A stretch of 64,000 nucleotides of DNA from an uncultured Gemmatimonadales bacterium (GCA_963850905.1 CAWKMU010000003.1:2688001-2752000); one strand, 5' to 3'. Shown: positions 41,003 through 51,453, counted from the stretch's first letter. The notes: generated from the sequence alone by a model not told the origin. Program-made: numbers and translations.

Positions 41003-43024
41003 TTATCGCGCTGCCACCTTGCCCAACATCGCGATGACTTGCTGGGCCGCGCGACGCCCCTCCTCGGCGGCGACGTTCCAATGCTGGTTGCCGTTGAGCT
41101 CCGAATGCCCGAATGCGAGCTGCCCTAAGGGCTGGCGCAGGACATCGCTCTGCGTTGGCTTGCCGTTCTTTCTCGTGTAGAACCCCGGGCCTGCGTTGCA
41201 GTAGGCGTGCCCCCATCGGTTGATCACGATTCCAGCAATGTCTCGCTTGGGATCGAAGCCGGCATCCGCAAAGAGTGTGACCATCTGTTGCCGCACCTGC
41301 GTCTCGAAGTCGCGGTAGGTCGTCCCGAACAGCCGCCCCCGCCCCGCAACACCCTGCTCGACGAGCGACAACCCGTACTGATTGAACGGGACGTAAAAAG
41401 TGAACAGGTTCGGGTGGTCCGGATCGAGCGGCGGCCGATAGTCCCCAACATACATGTTCGGGCGCATGTTGGCCGTGAAGCCAAAGCCGCCCCGCCAGGA
41501 GCAGGCGGTGTAACCGAGGTTGTACAGGAATCGCCAGTTGTCCAACGCGACGTTGACTGATAGCATCGGCGACCGCGGAAACTTCTTGACGGCCTCGCGA
41601 TACTCATCGGGCAGGTTCTTCACGGCGTGCCGCGCGGTGAAGCTCGCGCCGGCCCAGACCACCGTGCGCGCCCGTACGGAATACAGCTTCCCATCCTTGA
41701 CGTAGGTCACCGTCGCCAGCTTCCGCAGGCCGGCCTCGGGGTCGTGATCGAGATGCACGACCATGGCGCCACCGCGCAGGCGACACGGCGTGTTCGGCCG
41801 ATCCATCAGGTCGAACCGGATGCGGCCGCTGTGCACCTCGGGAAACGCCGCCGAGCCCTCGATCGTCTCCGGGTTCAGCCACTTGACGATGCAGCGCTGA
41901 ATCGCGTCGTTCCCCCCGGGGAACGAGATGACCGCCTGTGGCTCGCGCAACGTGTGGTCCGCGATGAACGATTCGAGCGGTTTGTCGACTCCGAGTCCCA
42001 GGAAGCCCGGCATCGCAAGCGTGTACGCCGAATAGGCGGACAGCACGTCGCTCCCGAGGCCAATGCCCGATGCGTAGATCGGATCGGCATAGCGCGCCAC
42101 CTCTGGCCGGAGCTTGCGGACGTTCACGAGCCACTGCTCGTACGTCATGGTGTCGAGGTACTGCTTGAGGCTCTCGGCGTCCCCTTTCCACGGCTCGACA
42201 CGCTCCTCGCGCCACCGAAGCAGGTCGCGGCGCACCTCTTCTGGCCAAGGCGTGCCCTCGAGCCGGTGACCCCAGGGATTCCGCACCCAGTGCGGCTGGG
42301 GCGTATCGAAATAGAAGCCGTGGTTCTCGAAGTTGTCGAACCACAGCTGATAGACGTAGTTGCTCTTGGGGAAGATCATGGGGCGGCGGCCGGGCGCCAT
42401 CTGCCCGAACTCGAGTTGCGTCGGCAGTCCGACATCGTGCCACAGATTCTTCATCCATTCCGGGGAGCTCTCGTCCGGCGGATCACCTTCGTTCGAACCT
42501 TGCGGCCCGATCAGGCGCTGTCCGCGCACGACGAACTCGTTGCGCTTCGCTTCGCCGCCGATGATCGGGTGATTGTCGAGCAGGAGGCAGGTCCGCTGGC
42601 GGCCAGTCTCCTTGAGGAACGTGTACGCCGCGACAGTTCCCGAGAAGCCTCCGCCAACGATCACGAGATCGTACATCTCCCCCGTGTCGATCGCGGTGCT
42701 CAGCATCTTGTCGTACGTGCCGTCGCGAAGCCCGTGCGCGGCACTGACGACCTCCCAGGTGTTGCCGTTCGACCGCGCGTAGTCGCCGACCCCGGAATAG
42801 CCGGTCCACGGATGCCATGGCTCGTCGGCCGCCGGCGGCATCTGTGCCGGCGGCGCACCCGGGCGACCCCGATGCGCAGGTGCTGGCGTCCCGAGCAGCG
42901 CTGCCCCTGTGCCCAATGCAACCGCGTTGAGAAAGTCCCGTCTCGTAATGTCGGCGTCCATCCCGAGCTCTTGCTCTGCCGGCGTCAAGTCCGAGTTCGG
43001 TCGCTGCGTCGAATCGCTACTCAT
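41003..43024 (-). CDS. Tat-exported FAD oxidoreductase, spermidine dehydrogenase-like
   Basis: LGMDADITRRDFLN Tat signal, GGGFSG, DNHPIIGGEAKRNEF and FDPKRDIAGIVINRWGHAY motifs. Confidence 0.8.
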   Translation of the reverse strand: MSSDSTQRPNSDLTPAEQELGMDADITRRDFLNAVALGTGAALLGTPAPAHRGRPGAPPAQMPPAADEPWHPWTGYSGVGDYARSNGNTWEVVSAAHGLRDGTYDKMLSTAIDTGEMYDLVIVGGGFSGTVAAYTFLKETGRQRTCLLLDNHPIIGGEAKRNEFVVRGQRLIGPQGSNEGDPPDESSPEWMKNLWHDVGLPTQLEFGQMAPGRRPMIFPKSNYVYQLWFDNFENHGFYFDTPQPHWVRNPWGHRLEGTPWPEEVRRDLLRWREERVEPWKGDAESLKQYLDTMTYEQWLVNVRKLRPEVARYADPIYASGIGLGSDVLSAYSAYTLAMPGFLGLGVDKPLESFIADHTLREPQAVISFPGGNDAIQRCIVKWLNPETIEGSAAFPEVHSGRIRFDLMDRPNTPCRLRGGAMVVHLDHDPEAGLRKLATVTYVKDGKLYSVRARTVVWAGASFTARHAVKNLPDEYREAVKKFPRSPMLSVNVALDNWRFLYNLGYTACSWRGGFGFTANMRPNMYVGDYRPPLDPDHPNLFTFYVPFNQYGLSLVEQGVAGRGRLFGTTYRDFETQVRQQMVTLFADAGFDPKRDIAGIVINRWGHAYCNAGPGFYTRKNGKPTQSDVLRQPLGQLAFGHSELNGNQHWNVAAEEGRRAAQQVIAMLGKVAAR

Positions 43025-43329
43025 GGCTACCTCGGCACTGGGCTGGGTCGTTCGCACAACGGTGGGCGATCGCCTCGCCGTTTTGGGCGAGTAATCGAGC
43101 GGTGCGCTGGCATTGCGCTCAACACTAGGGCCGCCGAGTGCGATGTCAAACGCGTGCCCGGCCGTCGGGCGTTGAAATCCCACTTAGTGGGACGCGGTGC
43201 CGACCGGTCCGGGTTGGCGAAGGGGTGCGGCCTGGCGAACCCTTGGTCATTAGCATCAGCGCCATGGCGCCAGGCCACGGCGCGCAAGGCGCCGTTGTCT
43301 GGCAACCGACAGACGCCTAACCTCTAGTC

Positions 43330-43944
43330 ATGCCGGTCGACACGACGATCAACTGGGATGAGCGCTACGCGACCCCGGACTTTCTCTACGGGACCACCCC
43401 GAACCAGTATCTGTGCGCCCAAAGCCAGCGCTTGGCGCCAGCGAGCCGGGTACTCGTCGCTGCTGATGGTGAGGGCCGCAATGGAGTGTGGCTCGCGCAG
43501 CAGGGACACGCCGTCACGTCGGTCGACCAATCAGCCGTTGGACAGAAGAAGGCCATCATTCTCGCGCGCCAACGTGCGGTGTCAGTGGAATTCGTATGCG
43601 CCGATCTCTCCCGCTGGTCGCCGCCGGCTGCGTCGCAATACGATGCGGCGATCGCGATCTTCGGGCACTTCCCGGCAGCGATCCGACCGGCTATCCATGC
43701 CACGCTGGCGCGCGCGCTTCGACCCGGTGGGCTGCTCATCCTCGAGGCGTTCCACGTCAAGCAACTGGGAAGACCATCGGGCGGCCCGAAGGATCGGGAT
43801 ATGTTGTACGAACCGGCTGTTTTGCAGCGCGATTTCGCTTCGTTGACTACCCTCGAGCTGACGGAAGGCATCGTGCTCCTGGACGAGGGTGCGAAGCATC
43901 AGGGCGAGGGATATGTGGTACGGTTCGTCGGTCGCCGAGGCTAG
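43330..43944 (+). CDS. Class I SAM-dependent methyltransferase
   Basis: WDERY, YGTTPN, ADGEGRN, ALRPGG and SGGP motifs. Confidence 0.9.
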   Translation: MPVDTTINWDERYATPDFLYGTTPNQYLCAQSQRLAPASRVLVAADGEGRNGVWLAQQGHAVTSVDQSAVGQKKAIILARQRAVSVEFVCADLSRWSPPAASQYDAAIAIFGHFPAAIRPAIHATLARALRPGGLLILEAFHVKQLGRPSGGPKDRDMLYEPAVLQRDFASLTTLELTEGIVLLDEGAKHQGEGYVVRFVGRRG

Positions 43945-44011
43945 GTAACCATCGCGAGACCCAGGACCGGAGACAGGGTGTGGACGAGCGGACGAGCCGA
44001 CCGTCCGCAGC

Positions 44012-44413
44012 CTAGCTTGCCGTCGCGCCCTCTCGCGCCAAGGCGCGGTAGAGGTTCGTGCCGCGAACACCCTGAAAGAGACCGACACCGATGAGGACAC
44101 CGATGAGGCCCAACGGCGGTATCCACCGGCGGCTCTGCCACCAGCCATAGCCAAACGTGATCGCCCACAGTGCGAAGAGCGCCAGCGCAGATCCAAAGTG
44201 CTTCCGAAAGAGTCCATAGCCGAGACCCGACGCAATCACTATCAGGACGACGAGCTGCGCGAAAAAAACGCCCGCTGCGGCGACGGCGTCATGAACTACG
44301 ATCGTCACGACGACTGCAAGGCGCAGCCCGATGAACACCGCCGCGGCCACCAGTCCCATTCGTATCTGGGAATCCGCCCACCTCTGCTGCAACCCACGAG
44401 CGAGCGAGTGCAC
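44012..44413 (-). CDS. Small membrane protein
   Basis: Four hydrophobic segments; no family recognised. Confidence 0.65.
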   Translation of the reverse strand: MHSLARGLQQRWADSQIRMGLVAAAVFIGLRLAVVVTIVVHDAVAAAGVFFAQLVVLIVIASGLGYGLFRKHFGSALALFALWAITFGYGWWQSRRWIPPLGLIGVLIGVGLFQGVRGTNLYRALAREGATAS

Positions 44414-44429
44414 CGGCGCCTCCGGCGGG

Positions 44430-44978
44430 CTAGCGAGGTGCGTCGGTCAGGACTGCGGTCGCTCTCTCGGTTCGCCGCCGCGACATGACCGTTCGCCAGA
44501 TCGATAGTACGTGATCCGGATCGCCGACAACGAACGCGCCAAAGCAGAGGGCGAGCACCAGGTGGTCGAGTGAGGCTCCGAAGTACTGCCAGGCCGGCGC
44601 CTGGCCGCCCGGATAGTTGGACGAGAAGAGCAGGGTAAGCATGTAGACCAGGCCACACGCGCTCGCCAGCCGCGAGTAAACGCCGAGCGTGAGCGCGAGG
44701 CCGATCGCGAGCTCACCGTACGCGACGAGGAAGGCGATCGCCGTACCATAATCGAGCACGAAGTGCTGGAGCACGGGCACCATGAAGGGGTACGCCGCCC
44801 CATCGCTCAGGAAACGATGGATCCATCCTTGGAACCCGCCGCCCAAAGTGAAGGTGGTGCCAAAGACCTTGTATTGGCCAAAGATCAGGAACAGGACTCC
44901 GACCGCGATGCGTAACGCGGAGAACGCCGCGGCGCTTCGCGACAATTCTGACGACGCAGGGCGTGTGTCAGCGTTCAT
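44430..44978 (-). CDS. DoxX-family membrane protein
   Basis: LRIAVGVLFL and ELAIGLALTLG..SRLAS motifs. Confidence 0.85.
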   Translation of the reverse strand: MNADTRPASSELSRSAAAFSALRIAVGVLFLIFGQYKVFGTTFTLGGGFQGWIHRFLSDGAAYPFMVPVLQHFVLDYGTAIAFLVAYGELAIGLALTLGVYSRLASACGLVYMLTLLFSSNYPGGQAPAWQYFGASLDHLVLALCFGAFVVGDPDHVLSIWRTVMSRRRTERATAVLTDAPR

Positions 44979-45080
44979 GAGTCGTTCCCCTATCCGCGGC
45001 GTGGCGGGGAGACGCACGACGGGTAGCGACAACGACCACAGGTGGCTGGCCTGGAGCCGTGCACGGACTCACCTCGGCGG

Positions 45081-45105
45081 GTAGGGGCGACGCAATGCGT
45101 CGCCC
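45081..45105 (+). repeat. GTAG-type REP element
   Basis: GTAGGGGCGACGCAATGCGTCGCCC, identical to 823-847. Confidence 0.85.
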
Positions 45106-45168
45106 TCTGGCATTGACCACGACCTCTCGGCTTCCAACCACATGTCATCGCGAACGTACGCCGTGTGT

Positions 45169-45234
45169 CCGCCAGCCGCCAGCCGCCAGCCGCCAGCCGC
45201 CAGCCGCCAGCCGCCAGCCGCCAGCCGCCAGCCG
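45169..45234. repeat. Perfect heptanucleotide tandem repeat (CCGCCAG)9 plus CCG
   Basis: Nine exact copies counted. Confidence 0.95.
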
Positions 45235-45369
45235 GGAGGAAGGGCGTCTCTAGAGTTGCGGCAAGTCGTGCGCGCTGGACGCCCCGCCCGCGCGGTGCCA
45301 GTCGAGCTCCTGCGGGGTGAACGGCCGAAGCCAGAGATCGGCGGCCCTAGCTGGCTATGAGCTTTGTTC

Positions 45370-45395
45370 TCCAGCGTCCAGCGTCTAGCGTCCAG
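45370..45395. repeat. 7-bp tandem repeat CGTC(C/T)AG, ~3.5 copies
   Basis: tccag-cgtccag-cgtctag-cgtccag just past the stop at 45400. Confidence 0.8.
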
Positions 45396-45399
45396 CCCC

Positions 45400-46701
45400 T
45401 TACAATGACTCCAGGAAGTGAATGATCGCCTCCTGGTCGTCCGGACTGAGTCGCTCGAAGCGGCCGGTGACATCGCTCGCCTCACCTCGGTGCCGCTCGA
45501 TGGCGTCGCGGAACGTGAATGACGCGCCGTCGTGCATCAATCGTGGGCGCAAGCGCACGCCCCAGAGGGGAGCGGTGCGAATCTTTTGCCGGGAGCTCTC
45601 GAAGTTCTGTTTCCCGAGATAGTCCGTCATCATTTCGTACACGCGACGCCCATAGTGCTCCCGAGTCGCCTGTAGGATCCCGTCGCCGGTCCCGATGTCG
45701 TGCATCAGATAGTCGCTGTAGGGGTGGAACGTCACCGATCCCAGCGCCGATGGAATCGTGTAGGTGCCGCCGTTGATCTTCGTTCCGGCGGGCGCCGTCA
45801 TCAGGGATTCGACGTGACAGGTCGCACATCCGATCTTCTCGAACACACCCACGCCCATCCGTGGCACTGCGCTCGACTCGAGCCCGAGATCGGGCGCCGG
45901 CGCTTTCGTCGCCCGAATGAACCGCGCGAAGTGATCGATGTCGGTGAGTCCGTCAGTACCCGGCTTGTCGTTCGGCTCCGTCACCGTGTTGCACAGCGTC
46001 GTGACTTCATCCGGTTGCAACCGATTCGTGATGCCCATTTCGTTGAGGTACGCGTCTGCGGCGAACGATAGAAGACTGGCGTGCTGATCCTTCCAGCCGA
46101 ATCGGCCGACACCCATCTGACCCGGCGCTTCGACGATCGGGACGAACAACACCTGCCCGCAGATCTTGCCGTTCGTCGCGTCGCATTGCTGCCGCGCTGC
46201 GTCGATCAACGTTTGATCGGCGACCGCCTCGACGAAACCGTCTCCCAATAGATTCACCGAGAGTCGCAGCGCGCGGATCGTCTCGGTGGGCGGAACCCGC
46301 TCCTGGATCTCCAGGTTGGGAAACGCCGCGTTGGGACAGATCGCACGATCGTTGACCAGCGACCGCCCCGAGATCACGGCCGCTCCGTGAGCAATCGGGA
46401 TGTCTGGATTGCGGAATCGTCCGTCCGGTCCGTCGTGACCGACCCGCAGCTCGGTGACCTGGGAGGCCGCGCCGGAAACGGGGCTCTGGTGGCATTCGCG
46501 GCACGATTGGGCGTTGTACAACGGCCCCAGACCGTCGTTCAGTTCTTCGACTTCCTCGAACGTTGCCTTGTCGATCTGGTGTGTCGAATCGTCGACGACA
46601 CCGTTGCTCTTGTCGTCGAAGGCCGCGGGCGCTTCTCGCGGCTGATAGGCGGCTACGGCGATGAGGGCACTGAGGATCGTGACCGGAATCACGCGTCGCA
46701 T
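45400..46701 (-). CDS. Secreted di-heme oxidoreductase (DHOR/DUF1111-like)
   Basis: GLGPLYNAQSCRECH, GRFGWK, NEMGIT, GCATCH and RTAPLWG..HDG motifs. Confidence 0.88.
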   Translation of the reverse strand: MRRVIPVTILSALIAVAAYQPREAPAAFDDKSNGVVDDSTHQIDKATFEEVEELNDGLGPLYNAQSCRECHQSPVSGAASQVTELRVGHDGPDGRFRNPDIPIAHGAAVISGRSLVNDRAICPNAAFPNLEIQERVPPTETIRALRLSVNLLGDGFVEAVADQTLIDAARQQCDATNGKICGQVLFVPIVEAPGQMGVGRFGWKDQHASLLSFAADAYLNEMGITNRLQPDEVTTLCNTVTEPNDKPGTDGLTDIDHFARFIRATKAPAPDLGLESSAVPRMGVGVFEKIGCATCHVESLMTAPAGTKINGGTYTIPSALGSVTFHPYSDYLMHDIGTGDGILQATREHYGRRVYEMMTDYLGKQNFESSRQKIRTAPLWGVRLRPRLMHDGASFTFRDAIERHRGEASDVTGRFERLSPDDQEAIIHFLESL

Positions 46702-46864
46702 CGCTGTCTCCCTCCGTCGATGACTGCGTCAGGGCACTCGGTGGCCAAGATCCCCGCCCCTCCTGTGCCACGAGGCGGCAATCCGAGGGCGAGACTATCG
46801 TTGCCCCGCACGCCCAGGATGTCAACACCGGTGGCCGCTGGGAGACGATCCCTCGTGCGACGTC

Positions 46865-47665
46865 CTAACTCTGGGTTTTTTCCGCGCCCAGCTGGCCCTG
46901 CGCCGCGGCCGTCCCGGCCGCACTGGGCCTGCCCTTGAGAATCCACTCGAAACCGACTGCGATGAGGGCACCCACGATTGGCCCGACAATGTAGACCCAT
47001 GTCGTGCTGAGGTCGCCGCGCACGAGGTCCGGCGCAAAGGACCTCGCTGGGTTCATCGAGGCACCACTGATCGGAGCAGCCCAGAGGCCGGCCAACGCAA
47101 TGTACCCCCCGACGGCGAGCGCTCCGTTGGTGCCGATGTTGCGCGCGCCGGACGCCGTGCCGAGGATCGTGTTCACCAATCCGGTCGTCAGCAGAATCTC
47201 CATCGCGAGGGCGGTGCCTGTGCCCACTCCGCTGCCCGGCACCGTGGCACCGAGCAGACCGATGTTCCCAAATGTCGTCCTCAGAAACACGGCCGCGAGG
47301 ATGCTGCCGACCGCCTGCGCGCTGATGTAGCCGACCACCCGATTCCAGGGGAAGTTGCCTCGGACGGCAAACGCGATCGTTACCGCCGGATTGACATGGG
47401 CGCCGCTCACCACGCCCATGAAGTAAATGATTGCCATGACCATGAGTGCTGGTGCGACCACCGCCATTCCCAGCGTGATGGTACCCGGACTGTGCGCCGA
47501 CACGACACCGGCTCCCGCGGCAACTACGACCAACAAGAACGTGCCCCACGCCTCCGAGAAGAGGCGCCGCCATTCGAGCGTGGCGTTCTCGAAGTCACTG
47601 GCCGCCTTGAGATCGGCCCGTCGCTCGAGCGGTGCCGCTCCTTCACTCCTGCCGGGTGGTGCCAT
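46865..47665 (-). CDS. Aquaporin (MIP family)
   Basis: Two NPA boxes (SGAHVNPAVT, GASMNPARS). Confidence 0.93.
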   Translation of the reverse strand: MAPPGRSEGAAPLERRADLKAASDFENATLEWRRLFSEAWGTFLLVVVAAGAGVVSAHSPGTITLGMAVVAPALMVMAIIYFMGVVSGAHVNPAVTIAFAVRGNFPWNRVVGYISAQAVGSILAAVFLRTTFGNIGLLGATVPGSGVGTGTALAMEILLTTGLVNTILGTASGARNIGTNGALAVGGYIALAGLWAAPISGASMNPARSFAPDLVRGDLSTTWVYIVGPIVGALIAVGFEWILKGRPSAAGTAAAQGQLGAEKTQS

Positions 47666-48017
47666 AACCCCTCCAGTTGGATGTGCCCATCGACCGCAGC
47701 CGCATGCCCCACTCAGCCGCCCCGGACGCCGTACGCTCGCCGCCAGCCAATCGAGGACCCCGAGTCAGCCTCTGCAACCTGACCTAGGCGACCAGCAAGA
47801 CCACCACGAACTCGGCCTCGACGGACACTGGCTGGAGACCAAAGTCTTATCGCCGCCATTGTCGATCCGCGTCAGGTTGCGAGGATCGTGGCGACCGCTA
47901 CGGCGAGAAGCGGCGCAACCGCGTGCAGCGTGTGCGCGGCTGGAGCCACTTCGCGCAACCAGTCTCGCATCGGCGCCGGCGTTCCGCGAATTGGCTCGAC
48001 GCGAAGGAGGCAAACTG

Positions 48018-49214
48018 ATGAGACCTGCGGACAGAGTGAAGCCACTGCTCTCGGTCGTGGCGATGTGTGTGCTCGCCGCGGCCTCCGCGCCGGGTGCGTA
48101 CGGCCAGAACGCCACTTCCTCGCAGGACGCGGCGTCGTCGACCCCGGCTCCGCAGAGCGCCCAGCAGATCCAAGCGCTGGTCGCACCTGTCGCCCTCTAT
48201 CCAGACCAGCTCCTGGCCCAGGTGCTCTCGGCGGCGACGTACCCCGATCAGATCTCCGACGCCGAGACCTGGGTCTCGCACCAGTCGCTGACCGGACAGG
48301 CACTGATGGACCAGGTGAACCAGCAGTCGTGGGACCCGGCGGTGAAAGCGCTCACTGCGTTCCCGTCGGTGCTCTCGCAGATGGCCAACAATCTTGCGTG
48401 GACGTCGCAGTTGGGAGAGGTCTACCACTTCCAGGCCACAGACGTGATGCAGGCCGTCCAGGCATTGCGAGCGCAGGCTCAGGCCGCTGGTAACCTGAAA
48501 TCGTCCTCGCAGATGACGGTGGTCGAGCAATCACCGAGCACCATTGTCATCGAGCCAGTGAATCCGAGCGTCGTATATGTGCCGGTATATAACCCGGCTG
48601 TCATCTACGGCACGGCCTACGTGGTACCTGGTTACACGGCGGGGGAAATGGCCGCCGCCAGCATGATCTCGTTCGGAGCGGGCGTTGCCATCGGCGCGAT
48701 GATGAGTGGTGCCTGTTGCCACGCGTGGGGGTGGAGCTCGTGGAACATGAGTTGGCACGGCGGCTACGTCGCCTACGGTGGCCACCCGTACTACGGGAGC
48801 GCCGCGTGGCACGGAGGGTACGGCGCATACGGATACCACGGGTACGGCGGGTACGGCAGCGCGGCGTACCACGGACCGGCGGGGTCGGCTCAGGCATATC
48901 ACGGCTACTCAGCCAATGGTGCGTACCACACGGGCGGCGCATACCAGACGGCATGGGGCGGCGGGAGTGCGCATACCGGTTACGGGGCCGACGGCGCCGT
49001 GCACACAGGTGGAAGCGGTTACAACGCGGCGGGTCAAGCCTACCACTATGGGGCGACCAAGACCCCGTCCGGCCAAACCGCCTATCACGGCAGCACTGCC
49101 TCCGGACAGCACGTTGCGGGGAGCACCGCCGGCGGCTGGGGTCACGATGACGGCTGGTCCTCGCGCGCGGCGAGTAGCAGGGGCCGGGCGAGTGGCGGTG
49201 CGTATCACCGCTGA
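48018..49214 (+). CDS. DUF3300-domain secreted protein with Gly/Tyr/His-rich tail
   Basis: LVAPVALYPDQLLAQVL, WDPAVKAL and VYVPVYNP motifs; RBS AAGGAGG before ATG 48018. Confidence 0.88.
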   Translation: MRPADRVKPLLSVVAMCVLAAASAPGAYGQNATSSQDAASSTPAPQSAQQIQALVAPVALYPDQLLAQVLSAATYPDQISDAETWVSHQSLTGQALMDQVNQQSWDPAVKALTAFPSVLSQMANNLAWTSQLGEVYHFQATDVMQAVQALRAQAQAAGNLKSSSQMTVVEQSPSTIVIEPVNPSVVYVPVYNPAVIYGTAYVVPGYTAGEMAAASMISFGAGVAIGAMMSGACCHAWGWSSWNMSWHGGYVAYGGHPYYGSAAWHGGYGAYGYHGYGGYGSAAYHGPAGSAQAYHGYSANGAYHTGGAYQTAWGGGSAHTGYGADGAVHTGGSGYNAAGQAYHYGATKTPSGQTAYHGSTASGQHVAGSTAGGWGHDDGWSSRAASSRGRASGGAYHR

Positions 49215-49261
49215 TCGATGATGCCGAACGCAATGTTGGATCGCGCAATCGGAGGGGCAGC

Positions 49262-50329
49262 ATGTTGAAACTGCGTGGTGCGAGCACCGGGATGCTGAAC
49301 GCCCGGCACGTTCTCGCCTCCTTGGCCTTGGTGACCCTTGCTGCAACGACTTCCGCGTGCAGTGGAAGCGAGCGCACCGCGAGCGAGAGCCAGGGAGACG
49401 TCGCAAACGGCGGGCAACGGACATTCGCGTCACCCGAAGCGGCCGGCGCCGCACTCTTTGCAGCGGTGAAGAGCGGGGACCAGAACGCGCTGCTCGCGAT
49501 CTTCGGTCCCGACAGCAGAACCCTCGTGTCTTCCGGCGATACGGTCGAGGACAGGGACATGCTGCAAAGCTTTGTGGACCGGTACACGCGGATGAACCGC
49601 TGGCGCAAGGATAAGGCGGGTGACGAGATCCTCGTCATCGGTCCGACCAACTGGCTCTTCCCAATTCCGCTGAGCCGGAACGCCTCAGGACAATGGGCGT
49701 TCAATACCGCAGCAGGGAGAGACGAGGTGCTCGCGCGTCGGATCGGGAGTGGCGAGCTGACGGCCATCGGTGTGCTCAGTGAGGTCGCCAACGCCCAGGA
49801 GACGTACTTCACCCAATTCCATCGATTCGCCGAACGATTCCTGAGCGATTCCGGTCAGCAGAACGGTCTCTTCTGGTCTGTCGCCCAAGGCCAAAATCCA
49901 AGTCCGCTCGGCTCACTCGCCAATGTCGCGAAGACCCTGGGTTACGGACCGACGCACTCCGCGCAACCGCAACCCTTCGTCGGCTACTTCTACCGAATGC
50001 TGACCGCACAGGGCGATGCGGCAAAGGGTGGTGCCAAGGACTATGTCGTGAACGGACAGATGACCGGTGGGTTCGCCGTTGTTGCGTGGCCCGCTCGGTA
50101 CAGGAACTCAGGGATCATGACGTTCATGGTCGCAAAGGACGGTGTGATCTACCAGCGGGATCTCGGCCAGTGGACGACCGACTCGGTCGCGGCGATCAAG
50201 ACCTTCAACCCGACCCCGGCGTGGGCCGTGGTGCTCGCACCCGAACCCGCGAGCACGTCAGGCGGTCCGAATGCCTCGAGGAAGGACGCGCTTCAGAACG
50301 CGAAGGTGAGGCCCAGCACCGGACCGTAG
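49262..50329 (+). CDS. DUF2950-family lipoprotein
   Basis: FASPEAA, WLFPIPL, RRIG..EL and PARYRNSGIMTFMV..DGVIYQRDLG motifs. Confidence 0.88.
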   Translation: MLKLRGASTGMLNARHVLASLALVTLAATTSACSGSERTASESQGDVANGGQRTFASPEAAGAALFAAVKSGDQNALLAIFGPDSRTLVSSGDTVEDRDMLQSFVDRYTRMNRWRKDKAGDEILVIGPTNWLFPIPLSRNASGQWAFNTAAGRDEVLARRIGSGELTAIGVLSEVANAQETYFTQFHRFAERFLSDSGQQNGLFWSVAQGQNPSPLGSLANVAKTLGYGPTHSAQPQPFVGYFYRMLTAQGDAAKGGAKDYVVNGQMTGGFAVVAWPARYRNSGIMTFMVAKDGVIYQRDLGQWTTDSVAAIKTFNPTPAWAVVLAPEPASTSGGPNASRKDALQNAKVRPSTGP

Positions 50330-51108
50330 AAATTCAGGTCGGCCCTGTAGTGCCCCGAGCGATCGTAGTCGAGGTACCAGTATCGGAAGCCCACGACGCC
50401 CAACAGCCAGTGGGTGAAGCGCATGTTGACGGACAGTGTCGTCTGGCTCTCGAACTGCGAGCCGACATCGAACCCGCCGATATCGAAGCCGAGCACGGCG
50501 AGGAAAAAGCTCGAGATCCGATACTGCGCCACGGCCCCCAGGATGGGATCCACCCAGCCGTTCGTCGCCGACGCTTCTGTCGGTAGCGACGCGATCGCCG
50601 GGACATTGAGCTTGTTCGTGACGTCCCAGCCGCGCGCGCCAATGTAGGGCTCGAAATACCAGATATTGCTCTGGACCACGCTGTAGCCAATGGTGCCGGT
50701 GCCAATGAACGTCTGTTGCGTCAGGGACGCCGTCTGGCCGTTGAGCAACGTGATGGGTTCAGTCGATTTCGAAAGACCCAGGTACTCGAGGTCGACACGT
50801 CCATGCCAATTGCCAGCGTCGATCTGACCGCCCAACATCGCGGCGAGTTGCAACGAGTTCACGAGGTCGCCGAAACTCAGGCTGAAACTGGAAGCGACCG
50901 CCGGGAACCGATTCGAGTACAGACTTCCCGATACGCCGGCGAGCCAACCATACGGCGTGACCGCCCCGTGGATGCCTTCGGGATTGGAATCTCCGAGTAG
51001 CCGCGGAGCGGGCGTGTAGGTCTGGGCCGCGCCGCTACGGACGAACAACACGGCGGCGGCCGCCGCGACGCTGACGGCGAACGCGGCAGTGCGCATCGAT
51101 TTGCTCAT
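50293..51108 (-). CDS. Outer-membrane beta-barrel hypothetical protein
   Basis: Signal peptide, TPYGWL, WVDPILG, DIGGF and terminal GPVLGLTFAF (C-terminal Phe). Confidence 0.8.
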   Translation of the reverse strand: MSKSMRTAAFAVSVAAAAAVLFVRSGAAQTYTPAPRLLGDSNPEGIHGAVTPYGWLAGVSGSLYSNRFPAVASSFSLSFGDLVNSLQLAAMLGGQIDAGNWHGRVDLEYLGLSKSTEPITLLNGQTASLTQQTFIGTGTIGYSVVQSNIWYFEPYIGARGWDVTNKLNVPAIASLPTEASATNGWVDPILGAVAQYRISSFFLAVLGFDIGGFDVGSQFESQTTLSVNMRFTHWLLGVVGFRYWYLDYDRSGHYRADLNFYGPVLGLTFAF

Positions 51109-51453
51109 GGGAGTTCGCTCTCCTAGCATCTCTGGCGGGATGCTAGCGCGCGAACTGGCAACGCGAATGAGCCATCAGGTCCACTTGCATAGCATGAAGG
51201 CCCAGTCTGCGGCACGCCCTCGGGCGGATGAGCTGCCGCTGCCCCTCAACCGGGGCCCGGGTGGTTTGGTCATCCGGCCGGCAGGTTCCCGAGACCTTCC
51301 ATAGACAGTGGGCCTTCCGGCGGTTCGCGAGGGATGGCTTGTGATCTAAGACACTGCCTCCCTTGCTATTAGCGCCAATTGACACAGCGGCGGTCCGATC
51401 GCAAAAGCGGCCCCATTGCGCCTGTTCATGGACGGCCTGTGGACTAATGGCGA

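Noticed and set aside
38905..43327. Long plus-strand ORFs (710 aa and 566 aa)
   Set aside because: They are antisense shadows of well-supported minus-strand genes in high-GC DNA; the same applies to 22055-23752.
47774..47880. 10-bp inverted repeat GCAACCTGAC/GTCAGGTTGC as a MITE
   Set aside because: Single short occurrence, no target-site duplication and no second copy seen.
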